A DNA stretch of 64,000 nt from Octopus sinensis. Taxonomy: Eukaryota. Each line of letters opens with the position of its first letter. Position 1 is the first letter of the stretch. The translations under genes were made by a program, and so were the position numbers. The stretch is from positions 6,014,001-6,078,000 of the forward strand of contig NC_043026.1 in NCBI RefSeq assembly GCF_006345805.1, in the 5' to 3' direction. The notes below the pieces were generated by a model. The model was not told the origin of the DNA. It worked only from the letters and a program-made list of their open reading frames with translations, and made no database searches. Shown one piece after another: positions 12,434 to 24,634 of the stretch.

Positions 12434-15400
12434 CTATTGGCAGTTGTTGATAATCCACTCAAATCCTTTGCGATATTCGTCCATGTTACCAATAGCACAC
12501 CTGCACACCTGGAAATAAGACAAAAATTACAATTACATGCATGTCCCAGATGAATAGAGGGGAAAAAAAAAAAAAGAGTTTCAGTAAAGGGGGTCAACTT
12601 TTATATAATCAGCCAATTAAGTGCAAACCCTTTCACTGTGAAATTAAATTTCATAATTATTTCACAGAGCAGCTAACTGGCTTCCGTGCCGGTGGCACGT
12701 AAAAGGGCACCATTCGAACGCAATCGCTACCAGCGTCGCCTTACTGGCACCTGTGCCGGTGGCATGTGTAAAAAGATTCGAGCGAGGTCATTGCCAGTAC
12801 CATCTGACTGCCCCCCATGCTGGTGGCACGTAAAAAGCACCCACTACACTCTCGGAGTGGTTGGCGTAAGGAAGGGCATTTAACCAGTACATGAAACGAT
12901 TGGCTTATTGGAAACCTGTAACCTGACTGGTTTGCGGAAAACTTATAACCACTTTGCAGAGTGTACTGAGTACTTTTTGCATGGCACCAACACCAGTGAG
13001 GTCTGTTTTGTTCTGGTTTCTACAGCTGGATGCCCTTCCTAACGCCAACCATTTTACAGGGTGTACTGGGTGTGCTATTTACATGCCACAGGCAAGGGTG
13101 CATTTACACAGCACCAACACACAGGTGCATTAATACAGAACTGGTGAGTTCCTTTTAACCAGCTCAGGAAAGGATTGGCTAACTGGAAACCTGTAACCTG
13201 ACTGGCTTATAATTTAATTGGCTATTTGAAAACCTATGATCTGATTGGTCGGTTGGAAAACTCTATAACTCGATTGGCTAATTGGAAATCTATAACCTGC
13301 TTGGCTAGTTGGAAACTTGTAACCTGATTGGTGAGTTGAAAATCTATAACCTAACTGGTCAGTTGGAAAACTGTAACTTGATTGGTCAGTTGGTCAGATG
13401 TAACACAGTGGGACTGAACCGGGAACCATATGGCCCAATGCTCCAAAAGTGCTTTTTACATGCCATCAGCACGAGTGCCTGTTATGTGACACTAGAATTG
13501 GCCATGAGTGTAATTTCACTTGACTCTATGGGTCCAAAGGTAAAAAATGGATGAGAACAAGATTAGTTGGAACCCTAAAAACCAACGGCAGTATTCTTCA
13601 GAAAATGCTTGACTCCAAGTGAATCCATAAAATATAAATATAATATAAGTATATAGGTGCAGAAGTGGCTGTGTGGTAAGTAGCTTGCTAACCAACCACA
13701 TGGTTCCGGGTTCAGTCCCACTGCGTGGCACCTTGGGCAAGTGTCTTCTGCTATAGCCCCGGGCCGACCAATGCCTTGTGAGTGGATTTGGTAGACGGAA
13801 ACTGAAAGAAGCCAGTCGTATATATGTATATATATATATGTGTGTGTGTGTGTTTGTGTTTGTCCCCCTAGCATTGCTTGACAACCGATGCTGGTGTGTT
13901 TACGTCCCTGTCACTTAGCGGTTCGGCAAAAGAGACCGATAGAATAAGTACTGGGCTTACAAAGAATAAGTCCTGGGGTCGATTTGCTCGACTAAAGGCG
14001 GTGCTCCAGCATGGCCGCAGTCAAATGACTGAAAGAAGTAAAAGAGTAAAGAGAGTACACTTACCCGCCATGGTTTAATAAGTTTGGTTAATTGAAGAGA
14101 GTTGACCACCTCAAAACATGTCATTGTGTGCGTCGATGACGATGACGATGATGTTGATGATGTTGATGATGATGATGATGAGGTCACTTGTTCAGAGGAA
14201 TCTTCTGGAACACAGCATAACACAAGAACTGGCGTCTGTGAGGATGAGCTTTTCTCGTTAACCATGTTAAATAACTCGGTTCCAGCCCATTGCACTAACG
14301 AGAGATAAAAAGCAAAGAATTCATAATGCATGCTTATCAACCACATGGTTATTTTAATTAGTTATTTTAATTAGTTATTTTAATTAGTTATTTTAGTTTT
14401 AAAAGTTATTTTAATAAATTCTTTGTTGTATTTAAAATCAATTGAAAGAAACACAGAGCATCTCAACAGAAATATGGTACACAACTGGACTTTTCTCAGA
14501 CTATTCTTTCTTCTGAAGATGGGCCTTTGCCCGAAATATAAAGATTTTATAAAACTCTCTTTTTATCTTCTTTAATATTCCAATGCTTCAAGCAACCTAC
14601 AACACACACATCCCAAAGTTATTTTACTAAATTCTTTGTTATATTTAAAATTAATTGAAAGAAACACAGAGCATCTCAACAGAAATATGGTAACAAAAGG
14701 GGTTAAGAAGAAAAATAATCAGCAGAAGACATGAGAGAAGGAGACCTCAATGTGGTCACTGTATATGCTAGAAATAACAGCTTAAATATTCTTCAATCCA
14801 CACCCTTCCAACTGCTTCTAATGTGCATCTGCCCAAATTAGAGGTTTGCTTAACCTTTTCGATGCCAACCTGGCTGAAACCACTTCTGGCCCTGTAATAC
14901 AAATGACTTGTTTTGATAAGTTTTGAATTAAAATATTCCACCAAACCTTAGTCACAATTTATGTTCCTAACACTAATAAATTCTTTGTTATATTTAAGAT
15001 TAATTGAAAGAAACACAGAGCATCTCAACAGAAATATGGTAACAAAAGGTTATGGTGGAGCTCCAGCGTGGCCACAGTCAAATGACTGAAACATGCAAGA
15101 GAATATACACACAGGAGTGGCTGTGTGGTAAGAAGCTTGTTTCGCAACCACATGGTTCTGGGTTAAGTGCCACTGAGTGGCACTTTAGGCAAGTGTCTTC
15201 TACTAAAGCCTTGTGAGTGGATTTGGAAGACGGAAACTGAAAGAAGCCCATCATCATCATTACCATCGTTTAACATCCACTTTCCATGTGGCATGTGTCG
15301 GACAGTTTGACTGGGGTCTGGCGAAGCAGATGGCTGCCCCAGGCTCCAATCTGATCTGGCAAAGTTTCTACAACTTGATGCCCTTCCTAATGCCAACCTG

Positions 15401-17084
15401 TCCAAGAGTGGAGTGGGTGCTTTTTACGTGCCACTGGCACAGGAACCAGTCAGGTGGCACTGACATCAACCATGCTTGAATGGTGTTTTTTACAAGCCAC
15501 CGGCATGGGTGCCAGTGTGTATATATTTATGTGTGTGTGTGTTTGTCCCTCCCACCATTGCTTGACAACCGATGCTGGTGTGTTTATGTCCTCTCGTAGG
15601 CTTACAAAGAATAAGTCCTGGGGTTGATTTCTTCGATTGAAACCCTTTATGGCGTTACTCCAGCATGGCCACAGTCAAATGACTGAAACAAGTAAAAGAG
15701 TAAAAGACTACACACACACACACACAAAGCGAAAGAGAGAATATGTGATAGAATGAAATGAGAAGTGAAGAAAGTGAAAGTAGAGAGAGAGGATGAGAGA
15801 ATAAGGAGAGAGAGGATGAGAGAATAAGGAGAGAGAGGATGAGAGAATAAGGAGAGAGAGGATGAGAGAATAAGGAGAGAGAGGATGAGAGAATAAGGAG
15901 AGAGAGGATGAGAGAATAAGGAGAGAGAGGATGAGAGAATAAGGAGAGAGAGGATGAGAGAATAAGGAGAGAGAGGATGAGAGAATAAGGAGAGAGAGGA
16001 TGAGAGAACAAGGAGAGAGAGGATGAGAGAACAAGGAGAGAGAGGATGAGAGAACAAGGAGAGAGGAGGTGAGGAGAACAAGGAGAGAGAGGATGAGAGA
16101 ACAAGGAGAGAGAGGATGAGAGAACAAGGAGAGAGAGGATGAGAGAATAAGGAGAGAGAGGATGAGAGAACAAGGAGAGAGAGGATGAGAGAATAAGGAG
16201 AGAGAGGATGAAAGAACAAGGAGAGAGAGGATGAGAGAATAAGGAGAGAGAGGATGAGAGAACAAGGAGAGAGAGGATGAGAGAACAAGGAGAGAGAGGA
16301 TGAGAGAACAAGGAGAGAGAGGATGAGAGAATAAGGAGAGAGAGGATGAGAGAACAAGGAGAGAGAGGATGAGAGAATAAGGAGAGAGAGGATGAGAGAA
16401 CAAGGAGAGAGAGGATGAGAGAATAAGGAGAGAGAGGATGAGAGAACAAGGAGAGAGAGGATGAGAGAACAAGGAGAGAGAGGATGAGAGAACAAGGAGA
16501 GAGAGGATGAGAGAATAAGGAGAGAGAGGATGAGAGAACAAGGAGAGAGAGGATGAGAGAATAAGGAGAGAGAGGATGAGAGAATAAGGAGAGAGAGAGT
16601 GAAAGTGCTTACTGGAAGGCATGTCCGTTGCGTCCACCACAAAGACGAATGCATCTAAACTGCGACAGAGGGCCTTGAGGTGTTCAGACTGAGGCAGATG
16701 CCGGAGCTGTTGCAGACCCTGACGGGCCGCTCTCTCTCGGTCCTTCTTGGCGCAGGAGTACATCACCGTTAGACTAAACGTTAGGTTACTGATAGTCATC
16801 AGGAAAAAAGAACCAACACCTGCGAAGACAGCAACAACAACAACAATAACATCAGAAATAAGATGGAGAGCTGGCAAAATCGTTAACATGCAGGGCAAAA
16901 TGTTTAGGGACATTTTGTCCAGTTTTAGGTTCTGAGTTCAAATTCTACCACGGTCGAGTTTGCCTTTCATGATTTCAGGATTGAGAAAAAAAATACCAGT
17001 TACACAATGGGGTTGAAGTAATTGACTATCTTCCTCCCTCAAATTCCAGGCCTTGTGCCTACAGTAGAAAAGGTTATAATAATA

Positions 17085-17115
<31 letters not shown>

Positions 17116-17281
17116 CATCATCATCATCATCATCACCACCACCACCATCATCATCACCACCACCACCACCACCATCATCATCATCACCACCACTACCACC
17201 ACCATCATCATCATCACCACCACCACCACCATCATCACCACCACCATCATCACCACCACCACCACCACCATCATCATCACC

Positions 17282-17312
<31 letters not shown>

Positions 17313-17341
17313 CCACCACCACCACCACCATCATCATCACC

Positions 17342-17372
<31 letters not shown>

Positions 17373-17546
17373 CCACCACTACCACCACCATCATCATCAC
17401 CACCACCATCATCATCATCATCACACACCACCACCATCATCATCAGCATCACCACCACTACCACCACCATCATCATCATCACCACCACCACCACCATCAT
17501 CACCACCACCATCATCACCACCACCACCACCACCATCATCATCACC

Positions 17547-17577
<31 letters not shown>

Positions 17578-17749
17578 CCACCACTACCACCACCATCATC
17601 ATCACCACCACCATCATCATCATCATCATCACCACCACCACCATCATCATCAGCATCACCACCACTACCACCACCATCATCATCATCACCACCACCATCA
17701 CCACCACCACCATCATCATCACCACCACCATCATCATCATCATCATCAT

Positions 17750-17781
<32 letters not shown>

Positions 17782-18734
17782 CCACCACCATCATCATCAT
17801 CATCATCATCACCACCACCACCATCATCATCATCATCACCACCACTACCACCACCATCATCATCATCATCATCACCACCACCATCATCATCATCATCATC
17901 ACCACCACCATCACCATCACCATCATCATTATTATTATTATTGAGTGAGAGAGCAGTTGCATGCCATCAAAGTGACACTGGGGTACAAATATATGAAGAA
18001 AGCATCAAGCAGGCCGCAAGATAAAAGTCTGTGGCCCACGGGCCTCAGGTTGGCCAGTCCTGATTTAAACGCTAAAAGGTTAAGGTGTGACCTGTCCCTC
18101 CCTACTTGTGCTTCAGGATATGTTTCAGGTAGCAAACTGAGGTACTACATTGCCATACCTTTGCTCATATTCTACTGATCAGTATTATTATTATTATTAT
18201 TATCATTATTATTATTATTGAGTGAGAGAGCAGTGCATGCCATCAAAGTGACACTGGGGTACAAATATACGAAGCCCAATATACCCATCATGACTACCCG
18301 TCTGATAAGGGTACACCAGGCACATGCATCACAACCATATGTGCGCGACCTTGCAGGTCAGTTAGAATTTTCTTCAGGTCGAGTAACCCATCCCGCTCAA
18401 AAGGTCCCTGAATAAGGGTTGTTTAAGGATGTTGAATGAAACACCCATGATTCCAGAGGTGAATTATTCAAACCCCCAAAGAATCTCTCTCAACACATGG
18501 CTATGATGCTCCCCCACTACTTCTGCTCGTGATCAGAGATGCACATATCGTCAGCCACCAAGGGACATGCTCAACTGGTTAAGGTCAAACAACTGACAAG
18601 CAAATCTGTGGTATTGAGCAGAATAATTGCTGTAGCCCATCTTTTATACCAAGACAAAACAATGTACATGATAACACTTCCAATCAGTTAAGATCAGAAG
18701 CCATGAGAGCCACTGCCTGGGACTGCATCAGGGC

Positions 18735-18767
<33 letters not shown>

Positions 18768-18807
18768 CATTATTATTGTTATTATTATTATTGTTATTAT
18801 TATTATA

Positions 18808-18850
<43 letters not shown>

Positions 18851-21800
18851 TAGTTTTATTTTTATAGCGTGCTTTCACTTCACTACCGAGCGCAGCTCTG
18901 TGTGCCTTGGGTATGTGTTGTGGTTTGTTGTAGAACTCTTATTTTTACTGTATTGAAAGTGTTTTACGTAGGATGTGTGCAGTGCCCAGTAGTGCAATTT
19001 TCTGTCGTCAATGACCATGGGATTGCACCTAGAAAGGCACAAGTCCAGGCAAAGCTGTTTATGAAAGACCAGCAGTTGCCCATCCATACCGGCCTCTCCT
19101 CTCCATGCCACCAGTGTTATCCAAGGGAAAGGCAAAGGGGCCGATACAGCTTGGCACCTGTGATGTTACAACTCATTTCTACAGCTGAGTGAACTGGAGC
19201 AACGTGAAATAAAGTGTCTTGCTCAAGAACACAACACACAGCCCAGTTCGGGAATTGAACTCACTACCTCATGATTGCAATCCTGATGTTCTAACCTCTG
19301 AGCCATGTACCTGCAATACTTCCCTTACCGGAAAATGAACCTGGAACGACACCATTCTGCTTGAAGACTTTGGTAGGATCCGATAATATGTGAGTGATAA
19401 TCTTGCTGGTTTTCGATTCGAGACCAGGTCCAAAGATTCCAATCTTGGGGGTGTTCATGTGGAAGAATGACGAGAGTAAAGAATTGAGGTTCCATCCTGA
19501 AGATTTTGGTTTCTGCAAGGCTGGACAGCATTGTCGGTAACTGGAGACGATTTAGGAATAAAAGAGAAAAAGTAAGATGTAAGTAAATATATATTTCTTT
19601 ACTACCCACAAGGGGCTAAACACAGAGAGGTCAAACAAGGACAGACAAAGGGATTAAGTCGATTACATCGACCCAAGTGTGAAACTGGTACTTTATTTAT
19701 CGACCCCAAAAGGATGAAAGGCAAAGTCGACCTCGGCGGAATATGAACTCAGAACGTAACAACAGACGAAATATATATTTCTTTACTACCCACAAGGGGC
19801 TAAACACAGAGAGGACAAACAAGGATAGACAAACAGATTAAGTCGATTTCATCAACCCCAGTGCATAACTGGTACTTATTTAATCGACCCCGAAAGGATG
19901 AAAGGCAAAGTTGACCTCGGCGGAATTTGAACTCAGAACGTAACAACAGACAAAATACATATTTCTTTACTACCCACAAGGGGCTAAACACAGAGGGGAC
20001 ATACAAGGACAGACAAACGGATTAATTTGATTACATCGACCTCAGTGCGAAACTGGTACTTTATTTATCGACCCCAAAAGGATGAAAGGCAAAGTCGACC
20101 TCGGCGGAACTTGAACTCAGAACGTAATGACAGACGAAATACCTATTTCTATACAACCCACAAGGGGCTAATAATAGAGGGGACAAACAAGAACAGACAA
20201 ATGGATTAAGTCGATTACATCGACCCCAGTGCAAAACTGGTACTTTATTTATCGACCCCGAAAGGATGAAAGGCAAAGTCGACCTCAGCGGAATTTGAAC
20301 TCAGAATGTAAAGACAGACAAAATACCTATTCACAAAACTTTGGTCAAAGATAAATTGGTCAAACACTTATATACCCAAGGCACCCCTTCCCACACACAC
20401 GTACCCAATGGTAGGACTGAACTAAGAACCACATGGATGTGAAGCCATGGTCATGCTTCCACCCCACTCCCAAAACCCAACTCTCATATTCAGAAACTTA
20501 CATTTTCTTACAAGTCCAGTGCGGATCAAGTTCTTTGTATAAGTTCGGGTTGGTGTCGTGGCTAATCGTGTCCCACTTGTCGACGTCCCTCATGAGTAAA
20601 CGGCACCACAGGAAATCCAAAGAGGTCAGGCACTGCCAGTGTTTGGACACGTGTGCGCATGTGGAAAGGTCCTTGGCTCCGAGGTAGGAAAATATTTGTA
20701 ACTTCATTTCTTGCTGGATATTCAACAAAGGACAGAATAACAAAAATTAATTATGTTCATAATAATAATAATAACAACAACAACAACAATAATAATAATA
20801 GTAATCTCTTTCTCTTTCTCTTTTACTTGTTTCAGTCATTTGACTGCGGCCATGCTGGAGCAGCGCCTTTAGTCGAGCAAATCGACCCTGGGACTTATTC
20901 TTTGTAAGCCCAGTACTTATTCTATCGGTCTCTTTTGCCGAACCGCTAAGTAACGGGGACGTAAACACGGCATCAGTTGTCAAGTGATGCTAGGGGGACA
21001 AACACAGACACACAAACACACATATATATATACATACATATATATACATATATACGACAGGCTTCTTTCAGTTTCCGTCTACCAAATCCACTCACAAGGC
21101 ATTGGTCGGCCCGGGGCTATAGCCGAAGACACTTGCCCAAGATGCCACGCAGTGGGACTGAACCCAGAACCATGTGGCTGGTTAGCAAGCTACTTACCAC
21201 ACAGCCACTCCTGCGCCTAATAGTAATGATAATAATAATAATAATAATAATAATGTGGAAGCTGAAGACTAAAACAATACTTGTTGTTATAGGTGCTCTG
21301 GGAATGTTAGCAAAAGGGGCTGATTGCTACCTAACTCAGATACCAGGAAACCCCAAAATGGCAGAAATTCAAAAGATAGTGCTCATGGGAACTGCTCATA
21401 CCCTACGCAAAATACTTTCTATGTAATCTCAGGGTTTAAAACAAACATAATTTTTGTTTTTTTTTTGTTTTTTTTAGGCATTCACTAGTACAACACTAAA
21501 TACAAAACCAAATATATAGCACACTAGGCATAACAACAACATGAACTTCCAACCTGTTGTCTCTTGAGGTCTCTGGGTGAGACTTGGAGCCAACTTGTAC
21601 AGACATAAAGCAAAAGTCAAACATAGAATAATAATAATAATAAATGCCCTGATGCAGTACCAGGCAGTGGCTCTCATGGCTTCTGATCTTAACTGATTGG
21701 AAGTGTTATCATGTACATTGTTTTGTCTTGGTATAAAAGATGGCCTACAGCAAATATTCTGCTCAATACCACAGATTTGCTTGTCAGTTGTTTGACCTTA

Positions 21801-22319
21801 ACCAGTTGAGCATGTCCCTTGGTGGCTGACGATATGTGCATCTCTGATCACGAGCAGAAGTAGTGGGGGAGCATCATAGCCATGTGTTGAGAGGGATTCT
21901 TTGGGGTTTGAATAATTCACCTCTGGAAACATGGGTGTTTCGTTCAACATCCTTAAACAACCCTTATTCGGGGACCCTTCGAGCGGGATGGGTTACTCGA
22001 CCTGAAGAAAATAAGAACATAAAGGGGTCATATTTACCGGGAGCATGTCAAACGTAAGCACGAGTTCATCAGTTGAAGGTGTCATGGAGGAGTCTTCCTG
22101 AGGGGATTGTGACTGCATGGTGCCGTTGCCATGGTTATCGACCCCGCCGGTCACCTGATGCTGAGAAGGGGCCATCGATTTCGATGGTAGTTTGTGCAGG
22201 TTCCTCTGCAGTCCACCTATGGAGACAAAGTGGTCGTCGCTGTTGATGAGGTCTTTGTAAAGATGCAGAATAGCATCCATGTTTGAGGTGTCGAGAAGTC
22301 CTTCAGTCATGGTGGTCAT
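12434..22319 (-). CDS. FBXO4: F-box only protein 4; exons 22319..22038, 20713..20502, 19540..19329, 16819..16613, 14294..14065, 12508..12434 (~405 aa)
   Basis: F-box (FDMLP|QEMKLQIFSYL...LWCRLLMRDV), then YRQCCP, IGIFGPGLES, GVGS...LTVMYS, LDAFVFVVDA, PVLVLCC, MTCF...KPWR and GFEWII. This is colinear with the remembered human FBXO4. All five introns are GT-AG with compatible phases (0,2,1,1,0). The start ATG is uncertain because the frame is open up to an acceptor at 22369. Confidence 0.92.
13656..14054 (+). mobile_element. SINE family A (full length)
   Basis: Same consensus as 2960..3362; ends about 10 nt from an FBXO4 donor site. Confidence 0.85.
14509..14544 (+). ncRNA. Minimal hammerhead ribozyme motif
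   Basis: TCTT-CTGAAGA-T-GGGC CTTT GCCC-GAAAT-ATA^-AAGA: intact core with all three stems formable. Confidence 0.65.
15783..16600. repeat. 23-bp purine minisatellite (GGATGAGAGAA(T/C)AAGGAGAGAGA), ~35 copies, in an FBXO4 intron
   Basis: GGATG at 15791, 15814 and onward; only a T/C variant distinguishes most units. Confidence 0.92.
17045..17940. repeat. Compound (TAA)/(CAT)/(CAC) microsatellite
   Basis: Direct reading; similar tracts at 53880-54300 and 56405-57030. Confidence 0.95.
18219..18736 (-). mobile_element. Non-autonomous retroelement, family D, inserted in (TAA)n
   Basis: Related copies at 21646-22012 (+), 38574-38880 (-), 17941-17995 and 62860-63390. Where the ends are intact they abut TAA repeats. 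Confidence 0.7.
19596..20330 (-). repeat. SINE family B multimer, 4 bodies
   Basis: Four AAGGCAAAGT(C/T)GACCTC units about 183 bp apart. Confidence 0.88.
20820..21220 (-). mobile_element. SINE family A (full length)
   Basis: Same consensus. Confidence 0.85.
21253..21640 (+). mobile_element. 3' end of an R4/Dong-like (RLE-endonuclease) non-LTR retrotransposon
   Basis: WKLKTKTILVVIGALGMLAKG...IQKIVLMGTAHTLRKILSM* resembles the RLE C-terminal motif. It is followed by a 3'UTR and (TAA)n tail, with TAA repeats on both sides. Confidence 0.75.
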
Positions 22320-22698
22320 GGCAGTGGTGGCAGTCGTTGGTGGTGGTGGTGGTGGATGACACGGCAGAACTGGATAAAAGTAAAAAAAAAAAAACAGATA
22401 ACAAACAAAAGAGCAAAGGACACAACAACAAGAACAACAATTATTCTTTTACACGTTTCAGATATTTGACTGCGACCATACTGGAGCACTACTTTAAAAG
22501 GTTTATTTTTGTCTTTTAGTCGAAGAAATCGACCTCAGGACTTATTCTTTGTAAGCTTAGTACTTATTCTATCGGGGGTCTCTTCTGCCGAACCTCTAAG
22601 TTATGGGGACGTAAACACACCAACATTGGTTGTCAAGTGATGCTGGAAGGGGCGGGGACAAACACACAGAAACATAAATGATACACACATAGATACAA

Positions 22699-22750
<52 letters not shown>

Positions 22751-22819
22751 AAATAAGCCACAAGTACACATGTGATTTTGTTTACATTTCTGAAAATAAG
22801 AGAAACCCTTTTCTCCCAC

Positions 22820-23300
22820 CCCTAACCCTAACCCTAACTCAAACCCTAACCCTAACCCTAACACAAACCCTAACCCTAACCCTAACCCAACACAAACCCT
22901 AACCCTAACCCTAACACAAACCCTAACCCTAACACAAACCCTAACCCTAACCCTAACCCAACACAAACCCTAACCCTAACCCTAACACAAACCCTAACCC
23001 TAACCCTAACCCAACACAAACCCTAACCCTAACCCTAACACAAACCCTAACCCTAACACAAACCCTAACCCTAACCCTAACCCAACACAAACCCTAACCC
23101 TAACCCTAACACAAACCCTAACCCTAACACAAACCCTAACCCTAACCCTAACCCACACAAACCCTATACCCTAACCCTAACACAAACCCTAACCAAACCC
23201 TAACCCAACACAAACCTAACCTAACCCTAACACAAACCCTAACCCTAACACAAACCTAACCCAACACAAACCCTAACCCTAACCCTAACACAAACCCTAG
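22820..23300. repeat. Interstitial telomeric array (CCCTAA)n with CCCAACACAAA / CACAAA variant units
   Basis: About 480 bp of CCCTAA units interspersed with variants and ending in a C-run. Confidence 0.9.
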
Positions 23301-24433
23301 CCCCCCCCCCCATATATATAAAAAAAACACTTTCTTGAAATGTATCCAGTACTTCCGGTACTCATACCGAAGTTACGCCCTTTATGTAAATTCGTGTGTT
23401 GAAACGTCAAGGGAGAGCGATTACGCCAATATCAATAACACACGCACTGATGCAAATTCCACTCCTTTATTATTAGTTAATCAATTAAATGCCTAACTTA
23501 TTAATGAATTGTTTGTTTAACTTGTCGGTTAAGTAGACAGTTGCTTGTTTTGTTTCCGTTTGTCATTTGTAAACACAGGAGTGGTTGTTTGGTGCGGAAT
23601 AATAGCCAAGAGGTTAAGGCGGCGAGCTGGCAGAATCGTTAGCACGCCAGGCGAAATGTTTAGCAGTATTTCGTCAGCCGCTACGTTCTGAGTTCAAATT
23701 CCGCCGAGGTCGACTTAGCCTTTCATCCTTTTGGGGTCGATTAAATAAGTACCAGTTACGCACTGGGGTCGATGTAATCGACTTAATCCTTTTGTCTGTC
23801 CTTGTTTGTCCCCTCTGTGTTTAGCCCCTCGTGGGTAGTAAAGAAATAGGTGTTTTGTCTGTCTTTACATTCTGAGTTCAAATTCCGCCGAGGTCGACTT
23901 TGCCTTTCATCCTTTCGGGGTCGATTAAATAAGTACTAGTTGCGTAGTGAGGTTGATCTAATCGACTGGCACCCTCCCTCAAGAATTTCAACCTTGTGTA
24001 GAAAAGAATAGGGTGACCCTAGAGTAGAAAAGAAAAGGGCGACCCTTCAAGATATAGCCAAGAAGTTTGTATCTCAACTACATGGTTGCGGGTTCAATCC
24101 CACTGCGTGGCACCTTGGGCACGTGTCTTTTCAATAACTTCGGGCCGACCAAATTCTTGAGTGAATTTGGTAGACAGAAACTGAAAGAAGCCTGTTCACT
24201 ATCTCTCTCTCTAAATACCCCCCCCCAAAAAAAACACACACACACACGTATGTGTGTTTGTCCCCCACCACCGCTTGAGACCTGGTGTTGGTTTGTTCAT
24301 ATCCCCCTAACTTAATGGTTCGTCAAAAGACACTGATAGGTTAAGTACCAGACTTTAAAAACAAAAGTATAGGGTTGATTCGTTCAGTTAAAACCCTTTT
24401 AAGGTGGAGCCCCAGCGTGGCCATAGTCTAATG

Positions 24434-24634
24434 CAGTGGTTTTCAACCAGGGTTCCGCCAGCACAGTCCAGGGGTTCCGCAAGAAGTTACAAAACTGCTA
24501 AAATTGGCAGTAATTTTTAATTCTCCTGTGCAGATATGTGTGCATAAGACTATTAAATTATTGCACATGGGTTCCTCGAGCTAGTGGAATGTTTCCTTGG
24601 GGTTCCGCTCCAGCAAAAAGTTTGAAAAGCACTG
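24434..24634. mobile_element. hAT-family MITE with 8-bp TSD, inserted in a SINE A copy
   Basis: TIRs CAGTGGTTTTCAAC / TTTGAAAAGCACTG; TSD GTCTAATG at 24426-24433 and 24635-24642. Confidence 0.88.

Noticed and set aside
15647-16600. 265-400 aa LILSSSLSLFSHP repeat ORFs
   Set aside because: 23-bp intronic minisatellite. Only 16613..16819 within the longest ORF is a real FBXO4 exon.
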